NCBI GenBank assembly: GCA_951406725.2
Contig: OX597830.1
Coordinates: 11,718,001 to 11,782,000 of the forward strand
Length of the DNA: 64,000 bases
Reading direction: 5' to 3'
DNA from: Octopus vulgaris
Taxonomy: Eukaryota
Positions 10,870 through 24,302 of the stretch are shown here, in pieces. The notes beneath the pieces are model-generated. The model had not been told where the DNA came from and searched no databases. It saw nothing but the letters and a program-made list of their open reading frames with translations. A program made the translations under genes and the position numbers. Numbering within the stretch: position 1 is the stretch's first letter; every line of letters starts with the position of its first letter.

Positions 10870-11835
10870 CTGTATTTTCATATTTTAATCTGGGATCTAT
10901 GTACCGTCATCCTCTGGCGTACTGTTTTTAGTTTGACCAATATATTATTCTCGACACCCTGAGCAAGTTAATACATATATTAGGTTTTCCGAAGCACATG
11001 TGAAGTTATTTTTTCACTGTAAAACGTTGAACCTGTTTGAAGGAGAATTCCGATCCTTCAATTAGGTTGACACATATACCACAGTTAGGTCATCCGCATT
11101 TTTTACTGTCGGTTTCGATGTTCTTGACGAGTGTACTTGGGCCTGTGTTAGAAGACTTTTCATAACTTGGTTTGTCTTTTGCTCTTTATGATGGTGTGCG
11201 TTTGGAGGATTTGATCCATTCTATGGTCCCTTTTTAGTAAAAGGATTCTCTGGAGGATGGTGTCGAAGGCCTCATTGTTTAGGGGGTAGGGCTTTTGGTT
11301 GTAAATTCTTCTTTAGTCTGGGGGTGTCTGAGTTCGTGGATGTTGAGCTGTAGTGTACGTTGAAAGCCTATATCGATAAGTGATGGTGGGTAGTTCCTGC
11401 TGATGAGTATATCAGCTCATGTCACCGTGTATCCCTGGTGCTTGTATCAGATACTATAGTATAAATCCTTTTTGCCAGATCGTAAGGGATATTTATTCTA
11501 GTGTGTCTGGGGTGACAAGAGTTGAATGGCAGATATTGCTTGGAGTCCGTGGGTTTATAGTAGATGTCTTTTTCTATTTTGTTGTTGGATTTCTTAATGA
11601 GGAAGACAAGGGAGGGAAGTTGTTGGTGGCTTTATTCCATCATAAACTGAATGTTTATGTGAAGTCCATTCAGAAGTGCTTGAAATTCTATAAGTCTCTC
11701 TATACTTTCGTGCCAAAGAGTGAAACAGTCATCTAGATATCTTTTCTAGTTATTTTCTTTGTACAGGGCGAATGGGTTTCCATATTTTTCTAGTACCTTA
11801 CGATAAAGATTAATTTCTAGGTACCCCATGTTTTT
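10870..11835 (-). mobile_element. Penelope-like element 3' portion (RT YLDD + GIY-YIG), degenerate
   Basis: Minus strand KRYLDDCFTLW near 11720-11745; C-terminal NFTCASENLIYVLTCSGCRE*YIGQTK. The hammerhead at 9816-9910 lies downstream on the same strand. Confidence 0.85.
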
Positions 11836-12270
11836 ACTTTTTTATTGTTTTTATTGTTTTGTTCTTACTGTCCTGTTCTTGTTACCACTTTTACCCCTCC
11901 ACAAAAAATCCCAAATTTTATTTAATTTGCTTTGCGGGAAGGACTGTTTCAACGAAGTCACGTCTTGTCCTTACCTTCGAAACGCGGAGTAGATGAAACT
12001 GGGACAACTGAAGAAGGGGTATATTCCTTATGTTGTATGTCTTGTTCTCTGTTTATTTTCGTTGTTTGAAAAAAGTTTATTTCTATGTTTTTGTTTTTGT
12101 TTTCGTTTCTCATTGTGTTCCACGTTTTTTTTATGTCCTGTACCCATATATGCATGTGTATATACATATATATGTAGGTATGTATATATATGTATGTATA
12201 TATGCATATATTTATATATTATTTATATCATTATATGATCGAACACCACGCATCCATTTCCAAGTAAGCT

Positions 12271-12334
<64 letters not shown>

Positions 12335-12337
<3 letters not shown>

Positions 12338-12492
12338 GGCGCAGGAGTGGCTATGTGGTAAGAAGCTTGCTTCCTGCGCATGCGTGTTGTCAGTGTTGTT
12401 TTTTCGGACCACTCATTGGAGTCGTCCCGCTGGATTGTGTTTACGTCCCTGTAACTTAGCGGTTCGTCATGAGTGACTAATAGAATAAGTAC
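12335..12492 (+). mobile_element. SINE family D, internally deleted
   Basis: Head ataggcgcaggagtggctatgtggtaagaagcttgctt and a body piece gtaacttagcggttcg..tagaataagtact. Confidence 0.7.
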
Positions 12493-13145
12493 TATTTCGG
12501 CCACCATTTTCTCCGGCAGAAAACATAATTTCACGGAAGCATGCTATCCCGTCGTTTCGGCCATCGCAAAAATCGATGAACAGGGGAGAAGCACAGCAAA
12601 ACAAAGACATACAACGTGGCAGTACGGCTTTAATCGACGACGCAGGTCAGCAGACTGATGCCTGAGGGTCGTATCAAGTGTCTTCTAGCGACGGAATCCT
12701 GAACTACAACGGATTTGTCCCACAGAGAACGTTTCCGGTTACTTTTGGGCACCTTCTCGTATGTATGTTTACATTGAACTTGGCACCTTTTTCAGATGAA
12801 TGATCGGAGGTTCCCTAAGTAGATGTTATATGACAAACTTATTTGAGGAAAACGCCCCCATCCGTAGCCAAGGCTACCATTTAGGGATTGTGTAAAGTTC
12901 TCGTTGAAGGCATATTAGGTATGGAAGGTCAAATCGAAAGGCAATATTTGTCATCGCCATTAACAGAGGAAGCTGCTCGAAAGCCCAATACCAGTGTAGT
13001 GAATGGTCAATATCTGCGTGTACGTTTATCAAGAGCTGAGGTCGCCCATCAATAGCGGAGCTACAAGTATAAAATAGAGATTTGTATGAGTGCACAGTGT
13101 TCTTAATAGTCTGTCATGGGCTTCTCGGTCACAAGTGGACAGCCA

Positions 13146-13187
<42 letters not shown>

Positions 13188-13196
13188 ATATATATC

Positions 13197-13457
13197 TCGG
13201 TGGAATTTGACCTCAGACGAAATGCCTATTTCTTTATTACCCACAAGGGGCTAAACACAGAGGGGACAAACAAGGACAGACATAGGTATTAAGTCGATTA
13301 CATCGACCCCAGTGCGTAACTGGTACTTAATTTATCGATCCCGAAAGGTTGAAAGGCAAAGTCGATCTCGGCGGAATTTGAACTCAGAATGTAGCGGCAG
13401 ACGGAATACCGCTAAGCATTTCACCCGGCGTGCTAACGTTTCTGCCAGCTCGCCGCC
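13197..13457 (-). mobile_element. SINE family A, plus a short partial second unit
   Basis: Full-length match to the other family A copies. Confidence 0.9.
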
Positions 13458-13751
13458 TTCCAGGACTAGTTACCATGTCGAACTGTAATAAGCAGAGGTG
13501 ATTTTACATTTGCCGACCGTGAGCACGTAGTGGTAGATAGGTTGACCGAGAAGTAGAATTCAGAGGAGCTTTGCTGTATGCTCAACAAAACAGGCCACAC
13601 TCTCATGATTCCAAGATAAACTATATACTACTAGTGGCGAGGTAGAGGAAAAAATGTTAAATGACCGAGAATAGAACATTTACTAGTAAAATTCATGAAT
13701 ACGAAAGTATCAAAGCAAAAACGATAAATTTCTGAAGAGATATATATTTTA

Positions 13752-14058
13752 CTAGCAGTATCGCCCGGCGTTGCTCGGGTTTGTAAGGGAAATAACTATA
13801 TAAGCATTTTTAGAGAGTTACTTCCCTTATATAAGTCGAGCAAAAATCATTAAAAATGCGGAAAAATGATGGTAATTTTTTTTTTAAATCGTAGACTCAT
13901 CGTTGACGCGCGCTAATACCCAGAAGGGCTCGGTATGAATCACGACTATAAGATACCTGCTGTTGGTTAAACTGCACCGCAAAATGTGGGAGTAGTTAGG
14001 AATCTAAATCGGAGGAGACAGAGTCTCGCACACACAACTTCAATTTTATATATAAAGA
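13752..14058 (-). mobile_element. Non-autonomous Helitron (family H1)
   Basis: TC start, cccgagcaacgccggg hairpin, CTAG end, A|T insertion site; paralog of 2633-2981. Confidence 0.85.
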
Positions 14059-14097
14059 TTAATGCAAGAACAATGACGGATTAATTCTCAGAGAAAT

Positions 14098-14304
14098 ATT
14101 GGTTCCAAATTTTGGCAAAGGCATACACGTTCGTAGGAGGGAGCAAGTCAATTATATCAACCCCAGTAACCAACTGGTACTTGCTTTATCGACCCTGGAA
14201 GTATGAAAGGTAAAGTCAACCTCGGTGGAATTTGAACCTAAAGACGGACGAAATGTCACTAAGCATTTTGTCCGGTGTGCTAATGATTCTACCGACTTAC
14301 CGCC
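14098..14304 (-). mobile_element. SINE family A, older subfamily with a different tail
   Basis: Same head and body, different tail ending ccaaaatttgg; 17-bp TSD ttaattctcagagaaat (14081-14097 / 14305-14321). Confidence 0.8.
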
Positions 14305-14404
14305 TTAATTCTCAGAGAAATGTTAAACCCGATAAGTCAGTATCAAAGTCAATTTGTTTTTCCGTGGTTGAACGTTCCTTGTTATTTATGTGTACGTTAA
14401 TATA

Positions 14405-14635
14405 TATTTCTTTACTACCCACAATGGGCTACACGCAGAGGGGACAAACAATGACAGACAAACAGATTAAGTCGATTACATCGACCCCAGTGCGTAACTG
14501 GTACTTAATTTATCGACCCCGAAAGGATGAAAGGCAAAGTCAACCTCGGCGGAATTTGAACTCAGAACGTTGCGGCAGACGAAATACGGCTACACATTTC
14601 GCCCGGTGTGCTAGCGCTTCTGGCAGCTCGCCGCC
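14405..14635 (-). mobile_element. SINE family A
   Basis: Full length; flanking repeat tacgttaatata. Confidence 0.9.
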
Positions 14636-15491
14636 TTTTATACGTTAATATATGATGTGTAGGTTAATATATGATGACTAGATACGGGGAAAGTTGTAGC
14701 TGGAGGGATGGTTGAACAGAAATGTCTAGTATGACGTCACTGTAGTTAGCTTAATGACTTAGCAGGATGTGTTTGTTTGGATTTATTGCATAGCTAAAGT
14801 GTTTAGTTGAAGAGTTATTTGCATGTTTTTAGTTCTGACGTTATTTCATAGTTAAAATAATAATACATTTAGTTGAATTATATAATTTGTTGAAAGGAGG
14901 AAACTACAAGAGCTTTTAGGTACTCAACGACAGTATAATTAATAGGAAGATTAATTTACCCAACTGTATATTACATAGTAAAAGCTTTGCGTCAAGAGTG
15001 TTCGGTCCATGATCACAAGCTCACGCGTTCAATTCCTTGAGCAAGGCACTTCATTTCACGTTTACCCTTTCAATATCAATGGAAATAGGTAAGCCAGTCT
15101 CTTTGATCAGTACAAAGACGTAATCACTTCTCATATCAAAGAACAAATTTGTATTTCATCTTCTGTAATCATGTCACAACTTGAAACCGTCAGAATTACA
15201 AGTATATGCACACATGCTATTGTAAATACCGCACAATAAATACTAGGATGTCGTATAAGTGTGTACAATTTATCAGCTGGAATGAACTGAAGCCAGTTGT
15301 TTGCTGATTGGTGCTTATCTCTAACAACCGATAAAGCAGTGTTGATCGAAGTACAGGTGTGTGCAATTATATTTAACGCGTTCGCATACACTCAAAATAA
15401 TCTGACGCTGAAGTGTATTTATAGGAGAATAACTTCTCCCTTTTAGACAAAAATGTGTTCAATGTACTTGGCTCATTGACGCATGGTATTC

Positions 15492-15534
15492 TGAGATACT
15501 GGTGTTTCGACATGTTGTGTCTCATCAGACTGGT
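15492..15534 (-). ncRNA. Hammerhead-like motif with weak helix I
   Basis: Minus strand: CTGATGA-gaca(caaca)tgtc-GAAA-c(acca)g-TA; core and helix II intact, helix I mismatched. Confidence 0.45.
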
Positions 15535-15616
15535 CGGAAGTTTGAGATCAGTCAAAACCGTTGGCTTTGCTCATGCTTTCAGCGAATACAGTTGTTTACT
15601 GATTAGTGCTTACGTA

Positions 15617-16897
15617 CGAGGGGCGTTCAATAAGTAATGCCTCTGACCCACTTCCCATAGTAGTAGAGCAACAAAACTCGGCACAGGTATTAGTCTTTTT
15701 CTACATAGGAACCACCCAGAGTTACGCATTTCTCCCATCGTTTGATGCAGCTCTGGATACCGTTTTTGTAGAAGACCCCAGCTTGGTCCTCCAACCACGA
15801 CGTGACTTCAGAAATCAAGGCTGCATCATCTGGTAAACGCTTTCCTTTCAAAAACAACTTCATGGGTGGGAAGAGGTGAAAATCAGAGGGTGCAAGATCA
15901 GGAGAGTAGGGAGATGGGGGAGAAGTTCATAGCCGCACGCCTGTGCTTTTGATCTGGCGACACGCGAGTTGTGGACCGGAGCGTTGTCCTACAGGAGGAT
16001 GCCTTTGCTGATCTTGCCCCGCCTCTTGATTTTGATAGCTTCTCTTAATTTCCTCAAAAGTGAAGCATAATAGGCTCCTGTAATTGTGGTACCCTTTGCC
16101 AGAAATTCTGTCATCACTACTCCGTCCTGGTCCCAGAAGACTGTGAGCATGACCTTGCCAGCGGAGGGTTGCACCCTTGCCTTCTTTGGAGGGGTGAGTC
16201 ACGGTGCTTCCACTGCATTGACTGGGATTTGGTCTCTGGATCATCGTGATGGACCCAGGTTTCATCCTGTGTAATCAGTCTTTTGAAAAAATTTGACTCA
16301 TCTTCTTGGCACATCTCCAAATTTATCCTCGAGCACTCAACGCGTTCTTGCTTCTGGAAAGGTGTGAGCAACCTGAGAATCCATCTGGCAGACACCTTTT
16401 GCATATGTAAATGGTCATGAATGATAGTTTCCACAGACCCGGTACCAATCTTGACTTCATGGGTTATTTGGCGAATAGTTATGCGTCGATCTTCCAAAAT
16501 GGCAGCCTCAACTTGACGGACAGATGCCTCATCAATGGCAGAAAGGGGGCGACCAGATCTGGGAGCTGTTTCCACAGAGTTCTGACCAAGTTTGAATTCA
16601 CGATGCCAGCGTTTTACAAGGTCATATGATGGGGCATCATCACCATAAGTTACTTTCATTTCATCAAAAGTCTCCCGTGGTGTGCGTCCTTTCAAATACA
16701 AAAACCGGATCACTGCTCGACACTCAACAGGCTCCATTTCACACCTGACTCAGTTCAAACACCTGTAAATCAGAAACCACAATTAGTTCAGAGCTGTAAC
16801 TTAATCTATAGAGATATAAATAATTGCACATGCAAAATTTCAGCTAGATCAAACAACTGCAATTGGGTCAGGGGCATTACTTATTGAACGCCCATCG
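15617..16897 (-). mobile_element. Full-length mariner transposon with frameshifted transposase
   Basis: TIRs cgaggggcgttcaataagtaatgcc / ggcattacttattgaacgcccatcg, TA TSD; transposase from 16737: WILRLL, LITQDETWVHH, DNAPVH, PYSPDLAPSDFHLF. Confidence 0.95.
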
Positions 16898-17062
16898 TAA
16901 GTGTTAAACGATAAAAACATATATTCATTTGTTATTTCGCTGTAGACGGTGCGAACAACGATATTTTTTTTTATCGGTTGTCAGAAATAAGTACTGATCA
17001 GCAAACAGCTTTGTTCGCTGAAAGCATAAATAAAGTCAGTGGCTTTGACAAGTTTCAAAGTT

Positions 17063-17470
17063 CTTCTTTTACTCTTTTATTCTTTTACTTGTTTCAGTCA
17101 TTTGACTGCGGCAATGCTGGAGCATCGCCTTTAGTCGAGCAAATCGACCTCAGGACTTATTCTTTGTAAGCCTAGTACTTATTCTATCGGTCTCTTTTGC
17201 CGAACCGCTAAGTTACGGGGACATGAACACACCAGGTTGTCAAGCGATGTTGGGATGACAAACACAGACACACAAACACACACACACACATATATATATA
17301 TATACATATACACGACAGGCTTCTTTTAGTTTCCGTCTACCAAATCCACTCACAAGGCTTTGGTCGGCCCGAGGCTATAGTAGAAGACACTTGCCCAAAG
17401 TGCCACGCAGTGGGAATGAACCCGGAGCCATGTGGTTGGTAAGCAAGCTACTTACCACACAGCCACTCCT
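17063..17470 (-). mobile_element. tRNA-derived SINE family D with internal microsatellite (resembles octopus OK-type)
   Basis: Head ggagtggctgtgtggtaagtagcttgct, internal (TA)n/(TG)n, tail gactgaaacaagtaaaaga repeats. Confidence 0.9.
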
Positions 17471-17698
17471 ACTTCTGGCAAACGAGACACATGTCGTAAC
17501 ACCAATGTCCAGTGTCCATCCACTAAAGGAGACAAGTGTGTTGAGCACACTGTTGTCTAAAACGGAGAAGTTATTCGCCAAAGACAAACACTGCAGCACC
17601 CAGCATATTTTACATCTGGACCTGCCTGGAAGTGTTAAGAATAAATATGCTGTTGATGGTGCACACAACGATAGTTTAATAAGGAAAATAATAGAAAC

Positions 17699-17891
17699 AT
17701 TCTGTTGTGTCTGGGGAGAGTCATTCTCTTTTAGTGCCTTATTATTTAACACACTCAAGACTATTGAAAAGGTTGCAACACGCAACGAAAATTTTAGAAA
17801 ATAAAAATAAGAAATAAGTGGAAATTTACCGGTGAGTGTGTTAAATAATAAAGCACTAAAAGAGAATGACTCTCCCCAGACACAACAGAAT
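17699..17891. repeat. Inverted repeat with 59-bp arms and a 75-bp spacer
   Basis: attctgttgtgtctggggagagtcattctcttttagtgc..acactca (17699-17757) is reverse-complemented at 17833-17891. Confidence 0.9.
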
Positions 17892-18966
17892 ATGCTTCAA
17901 CACACGAACTCATATAAAGAATCTTGCAAACCAAATCCAAAAACGAAATAGAAAAATTATCATATCGTATTTCGTGTCACTGTTCTTTCATTTTAATTTA
18001 CGCTTGATTTTATTCAAATAATGCCTTTTGTATAAATCCTATACTCCTAAAAACTTCGTTCTGGTGCAAGAGGCGATATGTATCAAAGTAATTTAGGTCA
18101 AAACAATACATGCAATTAATGATATGCATTAGAGATCATTTTTAATTTGGTCTCTTAGTGTTAAAGTTGGTGATATGCAAAATAAAAGCATAACAAAACA
18201 AATCAAAATAATTATTTCTTTCAGTTAAAACTCCACCGTATTTCTGATAAAGACTTTCAAAACAGGCCAGTAATTAAAAATGATAACATGTAATTTACTC
18301 GATTACTTTAAACCATTTTCACCCGCTCATGTAGTCGTTATGTAGTTTATTTTTGTACATTGACTTACTAAATTACAAAGGATTGCCCAATATTTCGAAT
18401 TCTTGTTCGTAATTATCTACAATCTGCTATACTCTGTAGCAAACTACATAAATGAACAAGCCTACAGAAACCAGTAAATAAGCAAATTAACAAAACAGTG
18501 AAATTATATACTTTCCTTTGAATACAACAGAGAATTTACTTATTTAGGGTATTGTTATGTAGCATATATGAAATGTTACACTAAAAGCGACTTTATACTA
18601 CACAAATTGCTGATAGTGTTCCATGAATTGATTACTTTCAAGCATTTTCACCCAGTTTTCTTTTAACTGATCCTGTTTATGTTCATTATGAAAACTATTA
18701 GCACAAAAGCAGACACCCAAGGATGACAATATGGTCGAAACTATGAGTAGACAAGATAATTCTAAAGTAATTGAAACCTAACTATTATTTTTCTGACTGA
18801 TTTACTCATGCCTTACCACTCATTTTATAATAGCTTGTTTGTGATAATTTTCCTAAATTAAAAATTGAAAATATATATTATTGGCAATAATTATTCATAT
18901 TTTCTCAGTAAGCAAAGATGAGTGGAAATTTCATGCAGTGAAAAATATATTGAAAGACAATTATTC

Positions 18967-19134
18967 ATAGGCGCAGGAGTGGCTGTGTGGTAAGTTGCTT
19001 GCTTACCAACCACATGGTTCTGGGTTCAGTCCCACTGAGTGGCATCTTGGACAAATGTCTTCTAATATAGGCACGGGCCCACCAAAGCCTTGTGAGAGCA
19101 TTTGGTAGACGAAAACTAAAAGAAGCCCGTCGTA

Positions 19135-19173
<39 letters not shown>

Positions 19174-19412
19174 GTATGTGTGTGTATGTGTTTGTGTGTC
19201 TGTGTTTGTCCCCCCAACATCGCTTGACAACCGATGCTGGTGTGCTTACGTCCCCGTCACTTAGCGGTTCGGCAAAAGAGACCGAAAGAATAAGTACTAG
19301 ACTTACAAAGAATAAGTCCTGAGGGGCGAGTTTCTCGAGTAAAGGCGGTGCTCCAGCATGGCCGCAGTCAAATGACTGAAACAAATAAAAGAGTAAAAGA
19401 GAAAAAGAGAGT
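18967..19412 (+). mobile_element. SINE family D, full length
   Basis: Same structure as 17063-17470. Confidence 0.92.
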
Positions 19413-20348
19413 ATAGTTATTGTCCTGGGTTATGACCAAATGACACTTGAACATTTCCTGATACACAAGATGTATTATAAGACTGATGGCACTCAGCTAA
19501 GAAAATAATATAATTTCGTTTTATCAGTTAGTCCTTGGAAAAGAACTTGTACCTGTGATTCGAAACCTCAGCCGCTAAATAATGGGACAGACACCACGCG
19601 CGAATCACCATAGTTTCATGTGATCGGGTTATTAAGCAACCGTTCAGTGTAAAGCTGTGGCGTGATGTGGTTTTCTAGAAGTTCTTTATTGTACCCTGTA
19701 TGTCCGTTTTGCCGCGCGAGTAATCGCAGAGTGTAGAAGATTGCCGACTCTTGCACCTTCACGCTTGCCATTCCGACGGTTCAAGACATTTGCGCTGCCA
19801 ACTCGAGGTTCTCGGACAGACTCATCTAGAACAGTCGCACAATGTCTTAAAAGTAACTTCTATGGACACAGCGCAGGTTTACTCTCTCTCTCATTCAGCA
19901 AACATCTTATGTTGCTCATTGTAAATAACCAGCATCCAATATCTTTACGACCAGCAGTAAATATTTCAGTTAAATGTTTGCGAGTGTACTTCAGTTATTA
20001 TTCACGTAACCAACGAAATATATCTTCATTTACCAGCTCCACATAGCACCAACCAAGTTACCATCGCGACAGACTTTATCCATAATTCTCCTCGGAGCTA
20101 CTTTCAGGTGCTCATGGGCTCGGGTAGAACACCGAAGAAGCGAGTCCTCCACCGCCATAAAAAAAAAAAAATGACGAAATTGTCTTTCCCCCATTAAGGA
20201 TTTATAGGCCCATAAATCGTTGGGTTGCAGTACTCATAGTACACACTTTGCATTAGACGGCATTAATTTCCCAGATTAGTGAATATGATAAGATTTTATT
20301 CATCGAAAACTTCTAAGGAACATATGTGTTTATGATTACGAGGTGTTA

Positions 20349-20491
20349 TGAGGTCGACTTTGCCTTTCATCATTTCGGGGTCGATAAATTAAGTACCAGT
20401 TACACACTGGGGTCGATGTAATCGACTTAATCCCTTTGTCTGTCCTTGTTTGTCCCCTCTATATTTAGCCCCTTGTGGGTAGTAAAGAAAT
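20349..20491 (+). mobile_element. SINE family A, 5'-truncated
   Basis: Body plus tail; flanking direct repeat acatatgtgtttatgattac. Confidence 0.85.
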
Positions 20492-20510
20492 ACATATGTG
20501 TTTATGATTA

Positions 20511-21018
<508 letters not shown>

Positions 21019-21144
21019 CTTCCAGAACATGGTTCGATGATGTAGTCTTGAAGTGAGTATTAATGCTTGTTGTTTTGATGATGGAAACGGCACCGAACGA
21101 AAGGTTGAGAGACGGATGCGATGGAGAAACGGCAGAGAAAGTTG

Positions 21145-22067
21145 TGTTACGAAATCCACCTGCCATCGCTCAAACTCTTCGGAAAACCCGGGACCCTACC
21201 AAGTCGAGCGACGACGATTTACCGGTCCGATCGATCGGTGAATTCGCCACGGACTCAGAGAGAGAAAGAATTCGGTGGGGGGAGGGCGGCAGCGAACCCG
21301 GCAACTGGAGATAAGAACAACAATAAACAACAGCAGGAAGAGACACAAAGAGAGACGGCGGAAGGCAATTGACTACATTTAACAACAGTTTATACAATTA
21401 TTACAACATGAAATTAAATACATGCAAGAAAACAACAAATCAAATTAAAGCATGCAGACACAGTATACAGTTCAGAGTCCCATTAATGTTCAGATCAATT
21501 TAAAACAAATAACGTTCACATTAACGATACAGTTCAATACATTAGAGTCTTTCTCCTTCTTTCTTTAACAGTTCTTTCTTTTTCCCTTTTTTCCTTCTTT
21601 CTCTTTTTTCAACACATCAATTCTTTTACATTTCTTTCTCCTTTTCCTTCTTTTTTTTTCACATATCAGAACATAAATAAACACATACCATTACACAACA
21701 GCCAGTGCCCTCACACCGTAGTCCCTCTCTCTTAGCTCCGTAATACTATCTGTCTGTCTTCCTCTACTCTGCCATTCTCTCGCTTGTCAGCTCCTCAGAT
21801 TCCCTGTCTGTCTTCCTCTACCGACCGCCCTCGTATCAGTCCCGTCTCTGCTAGAGCTGCCGGCCGACTGTTTAACAGGCTCACATCTCCTGCTTTTTAA
21901 AGGGGTGTTTTTTCGAACTTTCTTTCACCTGAAAAGGGTCGAAGGTCTTCCCAAAACTCATCAATCCTTCCAGAATCTGACGGAACAAAGGATCTACTCG
22001 CCTGCCCGACGCCAGTACACAAAAAGTCGGTCGCAAGCACTGTCCCTGAATTGACCTACTCATAACA
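21145..22067. mobile_element. Solo LTR (about 920 bp), probably Ty3/Gypsy
   Basis: Termini TGTTACGA...TCATAACA (inverted, TG..CA) flanked by the 4-bp direct repeat gttg (21141-21144 / 22068-22071); no coding capacity recognised. Confidence 0.7.
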
Positions 22068-22155
22068 GTTGCAACAAGTGGTAGGCAAGGTAGTAACAGT
22101 GAATGAAAAACAGAAACAAAATGAAACTTTGCTGAATCCGATAGAAACGGGTAAT

Positions 22156-22565
22156 CGAGCTGGCAGAATTGTTAGCACGCGGGGCAAAATGCTTAGCGGT
22201 AGTTCGTCTGCCGTTACGTTCTGAGTTCAAATTCCGCCGAGGTCGACTTTGCCTTTCATCTTTTCGGGGTCGATTAAATAAGTACCAGTTACGCACTGGG
22301 GTCGATGTAATCGACTTAATCCCTTTGTCTGTCCTTGTTTGTCTCCTCTGTGTTTAGCTCCCTGTGGGTAGTAAAGAAATAGGTATTTCGTCGGTCGCTA
22401 CGTTCTGAGTTCAAATTCCGCCGAGGTCGACTTTGCCTTTCATTCTTTCGGGGTCGATTAAATAAGTACCAGTTACGCACTGGGGTCGATGTAATCGACT
22501 TAATCCCTTTGTCTGTCCTTGTTTGTCTCCTCTGTGTTTAGCCCCTTGTGGGTAGTAAAGAAATA
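22156..22565 (+). mobile_element. SINE family A tandem dimer
   Basis: A near-full unit (to about 22381) is directly followed by a 5'-truncated second unit. Confidence 0.9.
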
Positions 22566-22951
22566 GAAATCATATAGGCACACGCGTCAGCAATGCACAA
22601 ACATAAGCACGCACGCGCACACACACACACACACACACATACATACATACTTAACGATCCTTACAACTATAACTGCTTGTTCTGTTGATGATGATATAGG
22701 AGGGTTTTATTTAATGGAGGAAGGTGTGGTTATTGTACGTAGTAAGAAGCTTGCGGCTTTTTATTTATTTTTTACTGACATTAACAAAAAAAAATTCACC
22801 GGATAATTAAATACACGTGCTTCAGAGCAAGTTATTGCCACCGCCGCCTCCAGCATTACCATGACTACCATCAACAAACAAACAACAACTGTCACAAACA
22901 ACAAATAAACGTCATCACTTATCGCTGCCGTCGTTTACTATTGTCATCTCT

Positions 22952-23679
22952 GGATCTTTTCGGTTTGAACGGCACTTTGTAACATAATTTTTAGGTTTAC
23001 TAAAAAGTTTTAAACTTCGTATACTGCTAGAATGTGTTTATAAGACATCATTTTCTCTTGGTTTTATTGAGAAAATTCTATAGTTTGTAAGATATTTCGT
23101 CTGAAAATTCGAGCATTTCGGCAATTTTAACCAATCGATTACCTCCATTGAGCTAAAATCATTTGCTGCGTCTAAACCTGAAACAACATCGTGTCACTAA
23201 CCCTAAACCTCACCCTAACTCAAAATTTTTTTTCTTAATTGTTAAATTAATTTAATTGTTACGCGTGTAAAAAAAACGAAAGCGTGTGTTACGGAAAGCG
23301 TGTGTATAAAATTATAGAATTATTTTGTTTGTTAATTGTTTAAATTATTTTCCATTGCTTTCGTTTTTTTTACACGCGTAACAATTAAATTAATTTAAGA
23401 ATTAAGAAATAAAAATTAAGGTTAGGGTGAGGTTTAGGGTTAGTGACAGGATGTTGTCTCAGTTTTAGACGCAGCAAATGATTTTAGCTCAATTAGAGGC
23501 GATTCATTGGTTAAAATTCAAAATATTAAACTACGTTAAACAAACGAATTACAATTTTATCAATAAAGCCAAGAGAAAAAAATGTTTTATTTTGACACAT
23601 TCTACCAGTATACGAAGTTTTAAAGTGTTTAGTTAACTAGAAATTGTGTTGAAAACTGCCGTTCAAAAGGAAAAGATCC
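22952..23679. mobile_element. Foldback MITE with GG...CC termini and 8-bp TSD (Merlin-like)
   Basis: ggatcttttcggtttgaacggc...gccgttcaaaaggaaaagatcc; TSD tcatctct; inverted arms of about 330 bp. Confidence 0.9.
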
Positions 23680-23887
23680 TCATCTCTTTTTTCTTTTATT
23701 TTCTTCAGTATTCTTTTTCTCTTTTTTTTTCTCCAGTTTATTCTTTTCTTTCCCGTGACGCAAAAAGTAGGTAGGTGAGAATGTACTATCAAATATGTAG
23801 ACACGCTGTACCCGTGAAAATGCCACGTTTATATTGAAAACTATAAGATAGAGCGAAGTGTATAGAGAATTACGAAATACATAATTC

Positions 23888-24302
23888 AGATCTTTTCGGT
23901 TTGAACGGCAGTTTTTCTAGCGGTGTCATACGAAATTGTCACCCATAATTATGACCCTAGTATCGATCTATTGCATTTCAATCTGTTTTAGGGTTAGGGT
24001 TAGGGGTGGGGGGAAGGGTATCTTTTTATCTTCACAAATGTAAATAAACCCAATCTATTTCTTAAACGGGGGACATATTCATACGGCACAGAATGCTTTT
24101 TAACTCCATAGACGTCAGTGATTGGTTGAAATTGCCGAAATTGAAGAAAAAAATAACAAATATCTTACAAACTATAGAATTTTCTCAATAGAGCCAAGAG
24201 AAAAAGATGTTTTATAAACACATTCTACCAGTATACGAAGTTTAAAATTTTTTAGTTACCTAGAAATTATGTTAAAAACTGCCGTTCAAACCGAAAAGAC
24301 CC
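23888..24302. mobile_element. MITE, about 415 bp, 8-bp TSD, internal TTAGGG repeats
   Basis: TIR of about 28 bp; TSD cataattc. Confidence 0.92.

Noticed and set aside
11970-12025. GAAA ... CTGAAGA combination resembling a type II hammerhead
   Set aside because: The helix II register and cleavage triplet do not fit the core.
19700-20170. GC-richer stretch with a 101-aa ORF
   Set aside because: No recognisable domain or supported splice structure.
23985-24015. TTAGGG repeats as a sign of a telomere or chromosome fusion
   Set aside because: Only 2-4 units, always at the same position inside the MITE.
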